Shown here: piece after piece, positions 17,880 to 26,730 of the stretch
Numbering within the stretch: the first letter of the stretch is position 1
Layout of the letters: each line of letters starts with the position of its first letter
From: Pyrobaculum aerophilum str. IM2
GTDB lineage: Archaea > Thermoproteota > Thermoprotei > Thermoproteales > Thermoproteaceae
Direction: 5' to 3'
Length of the DNA stretch: 32,000 bases
Assembly: GCF_000007225.1 (NCBI RefSeq)
Contig: NC_003364.1
Location: forward strand, 810,001-842,000
Translations under genes and position numbers: made by a program
Notes under the pieces: model-generated
What the model was told of the DNA's origin: nothing
Databases searched by the model: none
Seen by the model: the letters and a program-made list of their open reading frames with translations, nothing else

Positions 17880-17895
17880 TTCTAATTAAAAATTT

Positions 17896-18600
17896 CTATA
17901 CGCCGAGATATGCCCTTTTGACGTGTTGGTTTTCTGCCAGCTCACTAGGCGTTCCCTGTAGTACTATTCTCCCGTTTTCTAATACATATGCATAATCGCT
18001 TATTTCTAAAGCCACGGCGACGTTTTGTTCCACTAACAAGACTGACATCTCGCTCCTCAACTGGCTAATTGTTTGGAATAGATCCGCCACCACTTTAGGC
18101 GCTAGGCCCGCGCTTGGCTCGTCTATTAACAGAACTCTAGGCCTCGCCATTAGAGCCCGGGCGATGGCTAACATTTGTTGCTCCCCGCCGCTCATAGTGC
18201 CGGCTTTTTGTCTCCTCCTCTCCTTCAGCCTGGGGAAGAGGGAGTAGACAAACTCAAGGCTGTCGCGTGCCTTTTCGCGCGCCCGTTTAGTATAGGCCCC
18301 CATGAGCAAATTCTCCTCCACCGTCATCTCTGGGAACAGCCTCCTTCCCTCTGGCACTAGAGAGAGGCCAAGCTCTACTTTTTTATAAGGCGGCGCGCTC
18401 GTAACGTCGACGCCTCCCAGCTCCACCTTGCCGCCCCAGGGTTTCACCACGCCCATTATTGACAGAAGAGTCGTGGTCTTCCCAGCCCCGTTGGGCCCCA
18501 AAAGGGAGACTATGGAGTTATTGCCGACTTCAAACGTGAGGCCGAAAAGTACCTGCAACTTGCCGTATCCCGACGAGAGTTGCGTAATTCTCAACGCCAT
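17896..18600 (-). CDS. livF: Branched-chain amino acid-type ABC transporter ATP-binding protein (LivF-like)
   Basis: Walker A GPNGAGKTT, signature MSGGEQQMLAIARAL, Walker B LLIDEPS. It overlaps livG by 10 nt. Confidence 0.9.
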   Translation of the reverse strand: MALRITQLSSGYGKLQVLFGLTFEVGNNSIVSLLGPNGAGKTTTLLSIMGVVKPWGGKVELGGVDVTSAPPYKKVELGLSLVPEGRRLFPEMTVEENLLMGAYTKRAREKARDSLEFVYSLFPRLKERRRQKAGTMSGGEQQMLAIARALMARPRVLLIDEPSAGLAPKVVADLFQTISQLRSEMSVLLVEQNVAVALEISDYAYVLENGRIVLQGTPSELAENQHVKRAYLGV

Positions 18601-19328
18601 GGTCTGCCTAAATACACTTCTACTACTTTGGGATCGTTAAGCGCTGTTTCTGGGGGGCCCTCCGCAATTATGTGTCCTTGGTGCATTACAATTACTCTGT
18701 GGGCCAGTTGGGCCACTGCTCTCATTCTGTGCTCAACTAGAGAAATTGCTGCTATGCCCCTCTCCTCTGATAGCCTTTTTATTAACTTTGCCATTTCGTC
18801 TATTTCCGTAGGCGTCAGCCCCGCCATTACTTCGTCTAGTAACAACAGCTTCGGGTTCCCCGCCAGCGCTCTCGCCAGCTCCAACAGCCTGAGCTCGTTA
18901 AAAGTAAGCCTCCCCGCCAGTTGATGTCTCTTCTCGTATAACTTGACAAATCTCAAGGCCTCTTCCGCAACCTCCACCGCCTTTTCTTTGTCGTACCCCC
19001 CGTTGAATATAGCCCCCACAATTACGTTTTCAAGCACCGTCAGCTCGGGAAAGGGCCTGGGGACTTGAAAGGCCCGTGTTATTCCCAGCCTCGCCCTTTT
19101 ATAAGGAGGCATGTTCGTTATGTCCCGCCCTTCGAAAATCACTTTGCCCTCATCAGGCTTATACACCCCGTTTATTACGTTTAGAAGCGTGGTTTTTCCC
19201 GAACCGTTTGGGCCCACCACGGCCAAGAACTCCCCCCTCTCGAGGCTGAACGTGACTCCGTCCAGGGCGCGGAGGCCGCCGAATTTTTTCACCACACTCT
19301 CAACTCTAAGTAACGTCATGGCACCCAC
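18591..19328 (-). CDS. livG: Branched-chain amino acid-type ABC transporter ATP-binding protein (LivG-like)
   Basis: Walker A GPNGSGKTT, Walker B LLLDEVMAGL, and the LivG-type C-terminal extension (DPKVVEVYLG). Confidence 0.9.
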   Translation of the reverse strand: MGAMTLLRVESVVKKFGGLRALDGVTFSLERGEFLAVVGPNGSGKTTLLNVINGVYKPDEGKVIFEGRDITNMPPYKRARLGITRAFQVPRPFPELTVLENVIVGAIFNGGYDKEKAVEVAEEALRFVKLYEKRHQLAGRLTFNELRLLELARALAGNPKLLLLDEVMAGLTPTEIDEMAKLIKRLSEERGIAAISLVEHRMRAVAQLAHRVIVMHQGHIIAEGPPETALNDPKVVEVYLGRPWR

Positions 19329-20278
19329 CTCCTTATAGAAGCTCTTTTCTCCCTCAGCGTGCCGACGATGCCTTTTGGCATGAGAATAACTATTAGGAAT
19401 ACAATAAGCGCCGTGATTAAGGCCTGCATTCCCGGGGCCGCTAGGCCCACTAAATATCTAACTCCGAAGTATACCAATCCCCCCACTATAGGTCCCGTAA
19501 CAGTGCCAGCGCCGCCGAGAAACATAACGGCAAGCCCGTCGAGTATATACTCCACAAAAAAGACGTTTTCGGGGAACACCTGCATATTGCCGAGGCTGAA
19601 ATAAGAGGCTCCCAAGAGGCTTGAAAGCGTGGCGCTTGTGATAAAAGCCATTAGCTTATACTTAGTCGGGTTAATCCCCATTACCTTGGCGGCGTCTTCG
19701 TCTTGTCTAATGGCGGCGAGGGCGTATCCCGCCTTGCTGGCCTGTATTACGTACATTGCAATTACCGCCAAAAGCCCTGTGAGTAAAATCATAATAGTGG
19801 AGCCGATATTAGCTATGAAGAGGGCGGTGTCTCTGCCAAAGGCTTTTATCATATTCGCGCCCAGTATTAAGCCCGCCCCGCCTCCCCATATATTTGCTCC
19901 GACTATTAAGTGCTTAATCCCCTCGTTCACGCCTATTGTGGCAATGGCGAAATATGCGCCTCTTAGCCTCAGCGCAATGGCCCCGACTGCCGCGGCCAAG
20001 CTAGCTGCTAGCAAGACGCCGAGAAGGAGCCCGGCTGGCAGGGCGAAAAGGCCTAAGTAGTGCCAGTATGTGATTGCAACGCCCACACCGTAAGCCCCCA
20101 TCGCAAGAAAGGCCACGTAGCCGAAGTCCACATATCCAGTCAATCCGACGAAGATATTAACCGCCTGGCCCAGGGCCATGTAAAAGGCTATTGATGCAAT
20201 GAGTTTAGAGTACTCAGGGAAGGCAAAAGCCAGCAACATTAACAACAGATATGTGCCGAGGGGGAGGTAAGGCCTCAT
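19316..20278 (-). CDS. livM: Liv-type ABC transporter permease (LivM-like)
   Basis: 320 aa polytopic membrane protein. It overlaps livG by 13 nt and livH by 4 nt (ATGA). Confidence 0.85.
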   Translation of the reverse strand: MRPYLPLGTYLLLMLLAFAFPEYSKLIASIAFYMALGQAVNIFVGLTGYVDFGYVAFLAMGAYGVGVAITYWHYLGLFALPAGLLLGVLLAASLAAAVGAIALRLRGAYFAIATIGVNEGIKHLIVGANIWGGGAGLILGANMIKAFGRDTALFIANIGSTIMILLTGLLAVIAMYVIQASKAGYALAAIRQDEDAAKVMGINPTKYKLMAFITSATLSSLLGASYFSLGNMQVFPENVFFVEYILDGLAVMFLGGAGTVTGPIVGGLVYFGVRYLVGLAAPGMQALITALIVFLIVILMPKGIVGTLREKRASIRRWVP

Positions 20279-21147
20279 ATCCTAAACAGACCTGTAGGCT
20301 TGAATAATAACAGTAGCAACAGCAGTACAAAGGATAAGAAAAGCGCCATTTGTGACGGCTCGGCGAAGCCCAGCGACGAGAAGACGTAAAACCCCACTGA
20401 CTCGAAAACTCCAAACAACAACCCGGCAATGTAAGCCCCCATTACAGAGCCGAGCCCGCCCAAAACTGCAATGACAAAGCCTATTAGGGTATAGGGCCCG
20501 CCCATGTAAGGGTTAATCCCAACTGGTATGAACAACGTTAGCAACACTCCTCCTAATGCGGTTACGCCTATTCCAACGGCGGCGCTTAAAGCCAGTATTC
20601 TCTCCACGTTTATCCCCACTACCATTGCGCCTATTGGGTCTTGAACTACTGCCTTAATAGCGCGGCCGAAGTACGTCCGCCTCAACGTCAACTCTAACAA
20701 TACGGCGATTATCAGAGAGGCCACGGCCCCCATCAGCTTTGTGATCTCCAGCTGGAGGCCTGCGATTTCTATAGAGCCTATACTCCACCTATAGCCCACG
20801 AAATCGGGGCCCCAAATCAGCCTCGCCACCTCTGCCAGCAACGCCCCTAGGGCAAATAGGGCAACTAATATGTTCAGCTCGGCTTTTCCAAGAGGCTTGA
20901 TAACGCCTACGTATACTAAATACCCAGCCGCCATTCCTATTAACAAAGCCGCCGTTGCTGAGACAATCGGCGGAATTGCCCATGCCACGAAAAAGGTATA
21001 AGCCACGTACGCCCCAATCATTATAAACGATCCGTGGGCCACATTTGCCACACGCAACACGCCAAAAATAAGGCTAAGCCCCAGCGTCGTCAAGCCGTAA
21101 ATAGATCCAATTACCAATCCAGTTAAAAAATAGGGGATTATATCCAT
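20275..21147 (-). CDS. livH: Liv-type ABC transporter permease (LivH-like)
   Basis: 290 aa polytopic membrane protein. The start overlaps the binding-protein stop by 1 nt (TAATG). Confidence 0.85.
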   Translation of the reverse strand: MDIIPYFLTGLVIGSIYGLTTLGLSLIFGVLRVANVAHGSFIMIGAYVAYTFFVAWAIPPIVSATAALLIGMAAGYLVYVGVIKPLGKAELNILVALFALGALLAEVARLIWGPDFVGYRWSIGSIEIAGLQLEITKLMGAVASLIIAVLLELTLRRTYFGRAIKAVVQDPIGAMVVGINVERILALSAAVGIGVTALGGVLLTLFIPVGINPYMGGPYTLIGFVIAVLGGLGSVMGAYIAGLLFGVFESVGFYVFSSLGFAEPSQMALFLSFVLLLLLLLFKPTGLFRI

Positions 21148-22565
21148 TACTTACAGCGCTGTCCAGAGGCCTTTTGATCCCAAGTCAGCGCTGGGTATAC
21201 TAACTTGCCCTCGGCCACGTCTGGAGGCCACACTACGACTCTACTCCCATCTTGCCACTGAATAACCGCCATGGAGTGCGCCACGTTGAGATTTGTAGTT
21301 GGGTCCAGTTTAAACTCGCTGAAGAAAGTCATAAATCTAGCCTTTTGTAAAACGGATAAGACTTTATCAGACTTTACAGACATCGCCTTCTGCACCCCGT
21401 ATAATATAGTCAATACTCCCTCAGCGGCCCAGGCGGCGTGGTAGCCCGGCTCAACCTCTTGGCCTCCCATTTGCTTAGCCACTTTTTTGAAGTACTGGAT
21501 AAACTCCTCTCTAGTGGGCCCGAACCACTCCACGCCCCTCTGCTTGGCGAGATCGGGCGTGTACTTAACGCCGGGCTCCCAGTGGGAGGGGCCTACTATG
21601 CACTCGGCCTTTTCTTTAAGCGCGTTGTAGAAGTCCGGGACTAAAGGCGCTACTGACAACGCGATGATTTTCGCGTCAACTTTTTGTTCTGCCAGTTGCT
21701 GAACGGCCAGCTGGCCGTCTGCGAAATGCGATGCAACAATTATCACATCTGGCGCCGCCTGCTTAACTTTTAGGATCTGCGGCGTTAAGTCTTTAGGCGA
21801 TGAGGGATAGACCTCGTAAACCGCCACTTGTAAGCCAAGCTTCTCTGCATACGCCTTGGCTCCCTCGGCCACTTGTCTGTTGAACTCGCTGTCTCTGTAG
21901 AGAATAGCCACTTTCTTCACAGAGGGGTCTTTTTTCACAATCATGTCCAGCACAGGCACCATGTACTGACTTGCAGGCGCCGCGACTCCAATGACGTACA
22001 TAAACCCCTGCTGGAAAATGCGGTCTGAAGACGCGCCCACCACTGCCATTATCACGCCGTATTTCTCAGCTATGGGAGACACGCCTAGGGCTAGATCTGA
22101 GCCGTAGGGGCTTAGCAAGAAGTGCACCTTGTCCTGTGTTATTAGAGCCTCGGTTATGCTCTGGGCGAGCTCTAATTTCGACTCGCTGTCTCTGTAAATA
22201 AGCCTCACCTTAACCTTCTTCCCGCCGCAGTCAAGCCCTCCCTGGTCGTTAATCCAATTCACCACGGCCAGGGCCCCCCAGAGGGAGTACTGGCCCTCCG
22301 CGGCATATCTGCCGGAGATAGGCATCGCAGTCCCGATGACAATTTCATCGGGGCACTCGCCTGCCTGTGTTGTAGTGGGAGTTGGAGTCGGCGTGGTGGT
22401 TGGAGGCGTCGTAGTGACTTTAGGCGTAGTTGGCGTTGGAGAAGGCGTAGTGGGGGGTGTAGTGGGGGTTTGGGCTGGCGTTTGTGTGGCTAACCAAGCC
22501 AATGCCCCGACAATTATTGTTGCCACAACTGCCGCCACAATCCAGAGAGTTTTGGCGTTTGCCAT
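21147..22565 (-). CDS. livK: Liv-type (COG0683-like) substrate-binding protein, membrane-anchored with a Thr/Pro-rich stalk
   Basis: ATG at 22565 is preferred (MANAKTLWIVAAV...); the ORF opens at GTG 22580. An N-terminal TM helix is followed by about 45 aa of T/P repeats (TPAQTPTTPPTTPSPTPTTPK...), then a type-I periplasmic-binding-protein fold. The substrate cannot be read from sequence. Confidence 0.8.
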   Translation of the reverse strand: MANAKTLWIVAAVVATIIVGALAWLATQTPAQTPTTPPTTPSPTPTTPKVTTTPPTTTPTPTPTTTQAGECPDEIVIGTAMPISGRYAAEGQYSLWGALAVVNWINDQGGLDCGGKKVKVRLIYRDSESKLELAQSITEALITQDKVHFLLSPYGSDLALGVSPIAEKYGVIMAVVGASSDRIFQQGFMYVIGVAAPASQYMVPVLDMIVKKDPSVKKVAILYRDSEFNRQVAEGAKAYAEKLGLQVAVYEVYPSSPKDLTPQILKVKQAAPDVIIVASHFADGQLAVQQLAEQKVDAKIIALSVAPLVPDFYNALKEKAECIVGPSHWEPGVKYTPDLAKQRGVEWFGPTREEFIQYFKKVAKQMGGQEVEPGYHAAWAAEGVLTILYGVQKAMSVKSDKVLSVLQKARFMTFFSEFKLDPTTNLNVAHSMAVIQWQDGSRVVVWPPDVAEGKLVYPALTWDQKASGQRCK

Positions 22566-22604
22566 ACTAGTCCAGTACACGCTCCATATATAAATTTAAT
22601 TTCA

Positions 22605-22618
22605 CATTATCTATAATG
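22605..22618. promoter_or_regulatory. Palindrome CATTAT-CT-ATAATG upstream of the liv operon TATA box (candidate operator)
   Basis: Perfect 6-2-6 inverted repeat 40-53 nt upstream of ATG 22565, just beyond the TATA-like AAATTTATATAT (minus-strand sense). It lies in a very AT-rich spacer, so a chance occurrence is plausible. Confidence 0.25.
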
Positions 22619-22686
22619 ATAATAATTTTATAAAAGACTTTTTTTTTTAAAAGTAAAATGTAGGTTTTTATAGAATATAAGAAGGG

Positions 22687-23439
22687 CTAATATAGTTTGC
22701 CAGTTACGTATTTTTCTGTGAGTTCGTGCCTTGGGTTTGTAAATACTTCTTTAGTGGGTCCCACCTCGACTATCTGGCCCTTGTATAAAAACGCCACGTA
22801 GTCGCTAACCCTCGCCGCCTGGGCTGGGAAATGGGTAACGAGCACAATGGTCATATCTTTTTTCAATTCTAGAAATAGAGATTCTAACTTTGCTGTGTTC
22901 TCCGGGTCTAAATTGGCAGTGGGCTCGTCTGCCAGCAATACCTCGGGGTCAAAGGCTAGGGCCCGGGCAACGCACAGCCTCTGTTGCTGGCCGCCTGAAA
23001 GCTTCCCTGCGGGCGCGTCAAGCCTATTTTTCACCTCGTCCCACAACTGCGCCTTTTCGAGAGCTTGGCGAACCCGCGCCTCTAGCTCTTTCTTGCTCTT
23101 CACAATTCTGTTCAACTTAAGGCCCAGGGCCACGTTTTCAAAAATTGACAAATTAGGAATTGGGTTTGGTATTTGAAAAATCATTTGGACCCTCCTCCTG
23201 AGCTCAATAACGTCCATTTTAAAAACGTCCTGCCCGTCTAATAACACCTCCCCGGACACCCTAGCCTCTGGGTAGAGCTCTATTAGCCGGTTGAATACGC
23301 GCAACAGCGTGGACTTGCCGCTACCAGAAGGCCCCATTAATGCAGTGATTGTGCGCTCTTTAATTTCCAAGTTCACTCCTTTTAAAACCTCTACGTTTCC
23401 AAAGGAAAGCTTTAAATCCCTAGCTGTTAGCTTAGCCAC
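22687..23439 (-). CDS. pstB: Phosphate ABC transporter ATP-binding protein PstB
   Basis: Walker [10 protein letters not shown], signature [15 protein letters not shown], Walker [12 protein letters not shown], and the PstB-typical [13 protein letters not shown]. Confidence 0.95.
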   Translation of the reverse strand: MAKLTARDLKLSFGNVEVLKGVNLEIKERTITALMGPSGSGKSTLLRVFNRLIELYPEARVSGEVLLDGQDVFKMDVIELRRRVQMIFQIPNPIPNLSIFENVALGLKLNRIVKSKKELEARVRQALEKAQLWDEVKNRLDAPAGKLSGGQQQRLCVARALAFDPEVLLADEPTANLDPENTAKLESLFLELKKDMTIVLVTHFPAQAARVSDYVAFLYKGQIVEVGPTKEVFTNPRHELTEKYVTGKLY

Positions 23440-23477
23440 GTTGCACGTACTCTCCCTCTATATATTAGTTGTTCATA

Positions 23478-24395
23478 TTACTGGCCTCTCAGCTTAGCCG
23501 CTAGGAATAAGGCGAGGATTATTAACAATAACACGGCGGCCGCCCCGTAGGCAGACTCTATCTGCACATCGTATGGAGTCTGGGCGGCGTACCACACCCA
23601 CAGAGGTATAGCACCTGTGGGCTCTGTGAATGGCGCGTAGTAATAATTCCCGAAGGCTGTGAAGAGCAACGGCGCAGTCTCCCCCGCTATTTTAGCAGTG
23701 CCCAGCAATGCGGCGGTAATGATCGCCCTGGACACGGCCTTTCTCATTACGATAAAAATAGCGTTGAACTCGCGCCCGCCTATGTCATATGCGGCCTCTC
23801 TAATAGGCTGTTCTATAGATGAATAGGCGCTGGCGGTTATGAGGGCCACGTAGGGGATCATAATTATGGCCAATGCCGCCGCGCCGGAGTAGGCGTTAAA
23901 GCCGCTGAGGGGGCCTATGAATTGCCCGATCCACTCCCCCAGGCGGCTCTTCAAAATGTCGGAGAGGGGAGATAGTATGTAATTATTCAAATCCTCTATT
24001 ATTAACGACACAAAGGCATAGACAAAGAGGCCGATTGTTATCGTGGGGAATTCTACGAGCACGTTAACCCCGGCCCTTGCGACTTTACTAAACCATTCCT
24101 TCCCCCTCTCCCCTATGTATACCCCCAAGGGGAACCCAATGGCGAAGCCCGCCAGGGCCCCTAGGAACGTCATAAAGAGAGTGCCGGCAAGGAGGGGGCC
24201 TATGCCCCCCTTTTCGTCAAACGGCGAGGGCGGCAGGGCTGTGAGGAACTCCGGCAGCCCCCCGAGTTTGGCCACGGCAGAGAACCCCCTGGTAAAGACG
24301 TCAAATATTATTGAGAACAGCGGTATCACCGCGACAATTCCCAGTATGAAAAGCGCTATCATGCCGATGATGCTGTTTATCTGCCTGGCCTTCAT
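23478..24395 (-). CDS. pstA: Phosphate ABC transporter permease PstA
   Basis: The internal ATG at 24395 (MKARQINSIIGMIALFILG...) forms an ATGA overlap with the pstC stop. The first 99 codons of ORF 23478..24692 are Arg/Gly-rich and lie inside pstC. Confidence 0.85.
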   Translation of the reverse strand: MKARQINSIIGMIALFILGIVAVIPLFSIIFDVFTRGFSAVAKLGGLPEFLTALPPSPFDEKGGIGPLLAGTLFMTFLGALAGFAIGFPLGVYIGERGKEWFSKVARAGVNVLVEFPTITIGLFVYAFVSLIIEDLNNYILSPLSDILKSRLGEWIGQFIGPLSGFNAYSGAAALAIIMIPYVALITASAYSSIEQPIREAAYDIGGREFNAIFIVMRKAVSRAIITAALLGTAKIAGETAPLLFTAFGNYYYAPFTEPTGAIPLWVWYAAQTPYDVQIESAYGAAAVLLLIILALFLAAKLRGQ

Positions 24396-25330
24396 AGTTG
24401 CCCCCTCATTAAGATATAAATAGCTGCGGCGTTTATTACAAGCCCCGTCAACGCCAAGAGCAAAGCGCCTGCGTATAACGCCGGTAACATATATTGATAC
24501 GATGCGGCGTTGGGAAATTGAAGCGCTATGAGAGAGGAAATAGTGATCCCGCTGTCGAAGACATTTAGCACTAGGCGCGAGAAATTGCCCCCCACCACCA
24601 TGGCCACGGCCACTGTCTCGCCCATCGCGCGGCCTAAGGCGAGGAACAAGCCGCCTATAACGTAATTCCTTATGTACTTCAGCTTTATCCAAACAGCCTC
24701 AAGCCTTGTAGCCCCCAGAGCGTATATGGCCTCTTCTATGGGCTTTGGGACGAGGGCATAGCCCTCTCTCATAACCGCGGCGGCGTAGGGAGTTATCATT
24801 ATTGCCAATAACACCGCTGCGGTGAAAAGGGAGTAGGAAGAGGTCATCAACTGGCCGAGGCCCAAAAGAGATCCGATGAAATTAACCGCGGACTGTAGCC
24901 ACGGGCCCAGCACGAACACCCCCCACAAGCCGTAAATAACCGTGGGCATTGTCGCCGTTAAGTCCACCAGCGAGGCGAAAAAGCTTCTTACTTGCCTGGG
25001 GAGGATTTCGTTTATCGTCACCACCACCCCCACGGACAGCGGCATTGCTAGTAAAATTGCTATTGCCGACGTAATTAACGTCCCTGCCAGGGCTTGTAAA
25101 ACCCCATAGGACTCCCTAACCGGGTCCCATTCCACTTTGACAAAAATAGATAGGCCATCCCGGCTGAGTATGGGATATGCCTCGTAGGCGAATAGCGTAA
25201 TTAACGCGACAATTAAAGCTAAGGCCAAGGCGCCGAAAAGCCGGAGGCCCCACTTAACTCTTATGAAAAGCAATAGAAGGGCGGAAATTATATAGGTGAT
25301 AATGAAGGCAATGGCAAAAAGGCCGAGCAT
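24392..25330 (-). CDS. pstC: Phosphate ABC transporter permease PstC
   Basis: 312 aa with 6 TM segments. It has a binding-protein-dependent transport EAA-like loop (EAIYALGATRLE) and sits between pstS and pstA. Confidence 0.85.
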   Translation of the reverse strand: MLGLFAIAFIITYIISALLLLFIRVKWGLRLFGALALALIVALITLFAYEAYPILSRDGLSIFVKVEWDPVRESYGVLQALAGTLITSAIAILLAMPLSVGVVVTINEILPRQVRSFFASLVDLTATMPTVIYGLWGVFVLGPWLQSAVNFIGSLLGLGQLMTSSYSLFTAAVLLAIMITPYAAAVMREGYALVPKPIEEAIYALGATRLEAVWIKLKYIRNYVIGGLFLALGRAMGETVAVAMVVGGNFSRLVLNVFDSGITISSLIALQFPNAASYQYMLPALYAGALLLALTGLVINAAAIYILMRGQL

Positions 25331-25352
25331 GAGGTATAAAAAACTTAGTATT

Positions 25353-26585
25353 TTAGGGTTTCACTTGCTTAAGGGCCTCTAGGCCTATGGCGGCTAAGTC
25401 CGGCGGCAACGGGATGTAGCCCTCAACTAAGTTACCCTGCTTTTGGCCTTCTGTAAGCACCCATTGGAGAAACTGCCTAATTAAGGCGGCTTTCCCCGGC
25501 GCGTTGCCGTAGCCCTCAGCGGAGTAGTCCTTCCATACAAAGACGTAGGTAAAAGACAGCAGTGGGTATCCCTTCGGCGGGTTTGAAAACTCTATAGAGA
25601 CGGGATTCCAGTCAGCGTCTGGCGCGGGCACTTGCCCATACTTAGCTCTATATCTCTCCAGAGCCGCCGATGCACCAGCGCTTACGGCCTCGGCGGATGG
25701 GAAGTAGTACTTCCCGTCGTTGTCGTTTTTAAGATACGCCACGCCGCCGATTTTGTCGTACTTCTCTTTGTTTTTAACCCAATAGGCGTATTCCACATAT
25801 CCGATGGAATAGGCGTTCTGCAAAACCGCCTGCGCCACGCCTTCATTTCCCTTGGCGCCGACGCCCTTGCCTCTCTCGTCGACAGGCCACTTAACAGTAT
25901 ACCCCCACCCCACTGTCTGGTTCCACGGAGGATAGGCCTTTGATAAGTAAAGAGTAAAGGCGGCGGTAGTGCCCGAGCCGTCGCTTCTGTGAACAGCCGT
26001 AATGTCCCTACAGGGGAGTTTGTCCGCGAGGCCTGGGTTAATTGCCTTTATCCTATCGTCACACCACTGTTTAATCTCCCCCGTGTATATTAGAGAGATC
26101 ACCTCAGAGGTGAGGTTTAGGTACTTCCCAGTCTTCTCATATGCTATCTCCGGCACGTTGTACACAACAACAATAGAGCCTATGATTACGGGGAATTGCA
26201 TAAAACGCCCCTTGACTTGTTCATATTTATCTCTCGGCATGGGCACGTCGGATGCGCCGAAATCTAGCTTTTTCTCCAAGAACTGCGCTGTTCCTGCCCC
26301 GGAGCCAATGGATTGATAATTTACTTGCACCTTTCCGCCAGTGGCTTCATAGAACCTCTTTGACCAAGCCACCATCTGAGGATTTATAAAAGTAGATCCG
26401 CCGCCAGTGAGAGAACCGCCTATCGCCGAGGTGCTGGTAATAGTCTGCGACTGGCCCGGCGCGCTGGTCTGAGGGGGCTCTGCCGACTGGGTCTGCTTGC
26501 CTCCCCCGCCCAAACCAAGCAACGCCGCCAGTAGAGCAATTATTATAATCGCCGCGGCGGCTATTACGACCGTTTTTATGCCCAT
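25353..26585 (-). CDS. pstS: Phosphate-binding protein PstS, membrane-anchored
   Basis: 410 aa. An N-terminal TM helix and a Gly/Ser/Gln/Pro linker precede the PstS-type motifs GGGSTFINP and SDGSGTT. Confidence 0.85.
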   Translation of the reverse strand: MGIKTVVIAAAAIIIIALLAALLGLGGGGKQTQSAEPPQTSAPGQSQTITSTSAIGGSLTGGGSTFINPQMVAWSKRFYEATGGKVQVNYQSIGSGAGTAQFLEKKLDFGASDVPMPRDKYEQVKGRFMQFPVIIGSIVVVYNVPEIAYEKTGKYLNLTSEVISLIYTGEIKQWCDDRIKAINPGLADKLPCRDITAVHRSDGSGTTAAFTLYLSKAYPPWNQTVGWGYTVKWPVDERGKGVGAKGNEGVAQAVLQNAYSIGYVEYAYWVKNKEKYDKIGGVAYLKNDNDGKYYFPSAEAVSAGASAALERYRAKYGQVPAPDADWNPVSIEFSNPPKGYPLLSFTYVFVWKDYSAEGYGNAPGKAALIRQFLQWVLTEGQKQGNLVEGYIPLPPDLAAIGLEALKQVKP

Positions 26586-26643
26586 GGGGGAGAGGACTAC
26601 TCCAGTTTTATCACTTATTCATAATATATGGCTAGTTGGTGTA

Positions 26644-26659
26644 TCCGTATTGATACGGA
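26644..26659. promoter_or_regulatory. Perfect palindrome TCCGTAT-TG-ATACGGA in the pstS / AbrB-PhoU divergent control region (candidate Pho operator)
   Basis: 7-2-7 inverted repeat read directly from the sequence. It is centred between the pstS start (26585, minus) and the regulator start (26731, plus), upstream of both TATA-like boxes. Confidence 0.4.
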
Positions 26660-26730
26660 GGAACCGGGGCTTTTCATATGAAAAACGCGGGCCGCCCCCA
26701 CTGTAAATTAATATACCCGAACTATTGACC

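Noticed and set aside
22336-22593. 85-aa Gly/Val-rich ORF, together with the many other 60-150-aa ORFs antisense to strong genes (for example 13568..14005, 15098..15559, 19629..20060, 24043..24423).
   Set aside because: All are mirror images of well-supported genes, have low-complexity or biased composition, and lack promoter-like boxes.
24396-24692. N-terminal 99 codons of ORF 23478..24692 (pstA).
   Set aside because: They are Arg/Gly-rich, lie within pstC in another frame, and precede an ATG that forms a standard ATGA junction with the pstC stop.
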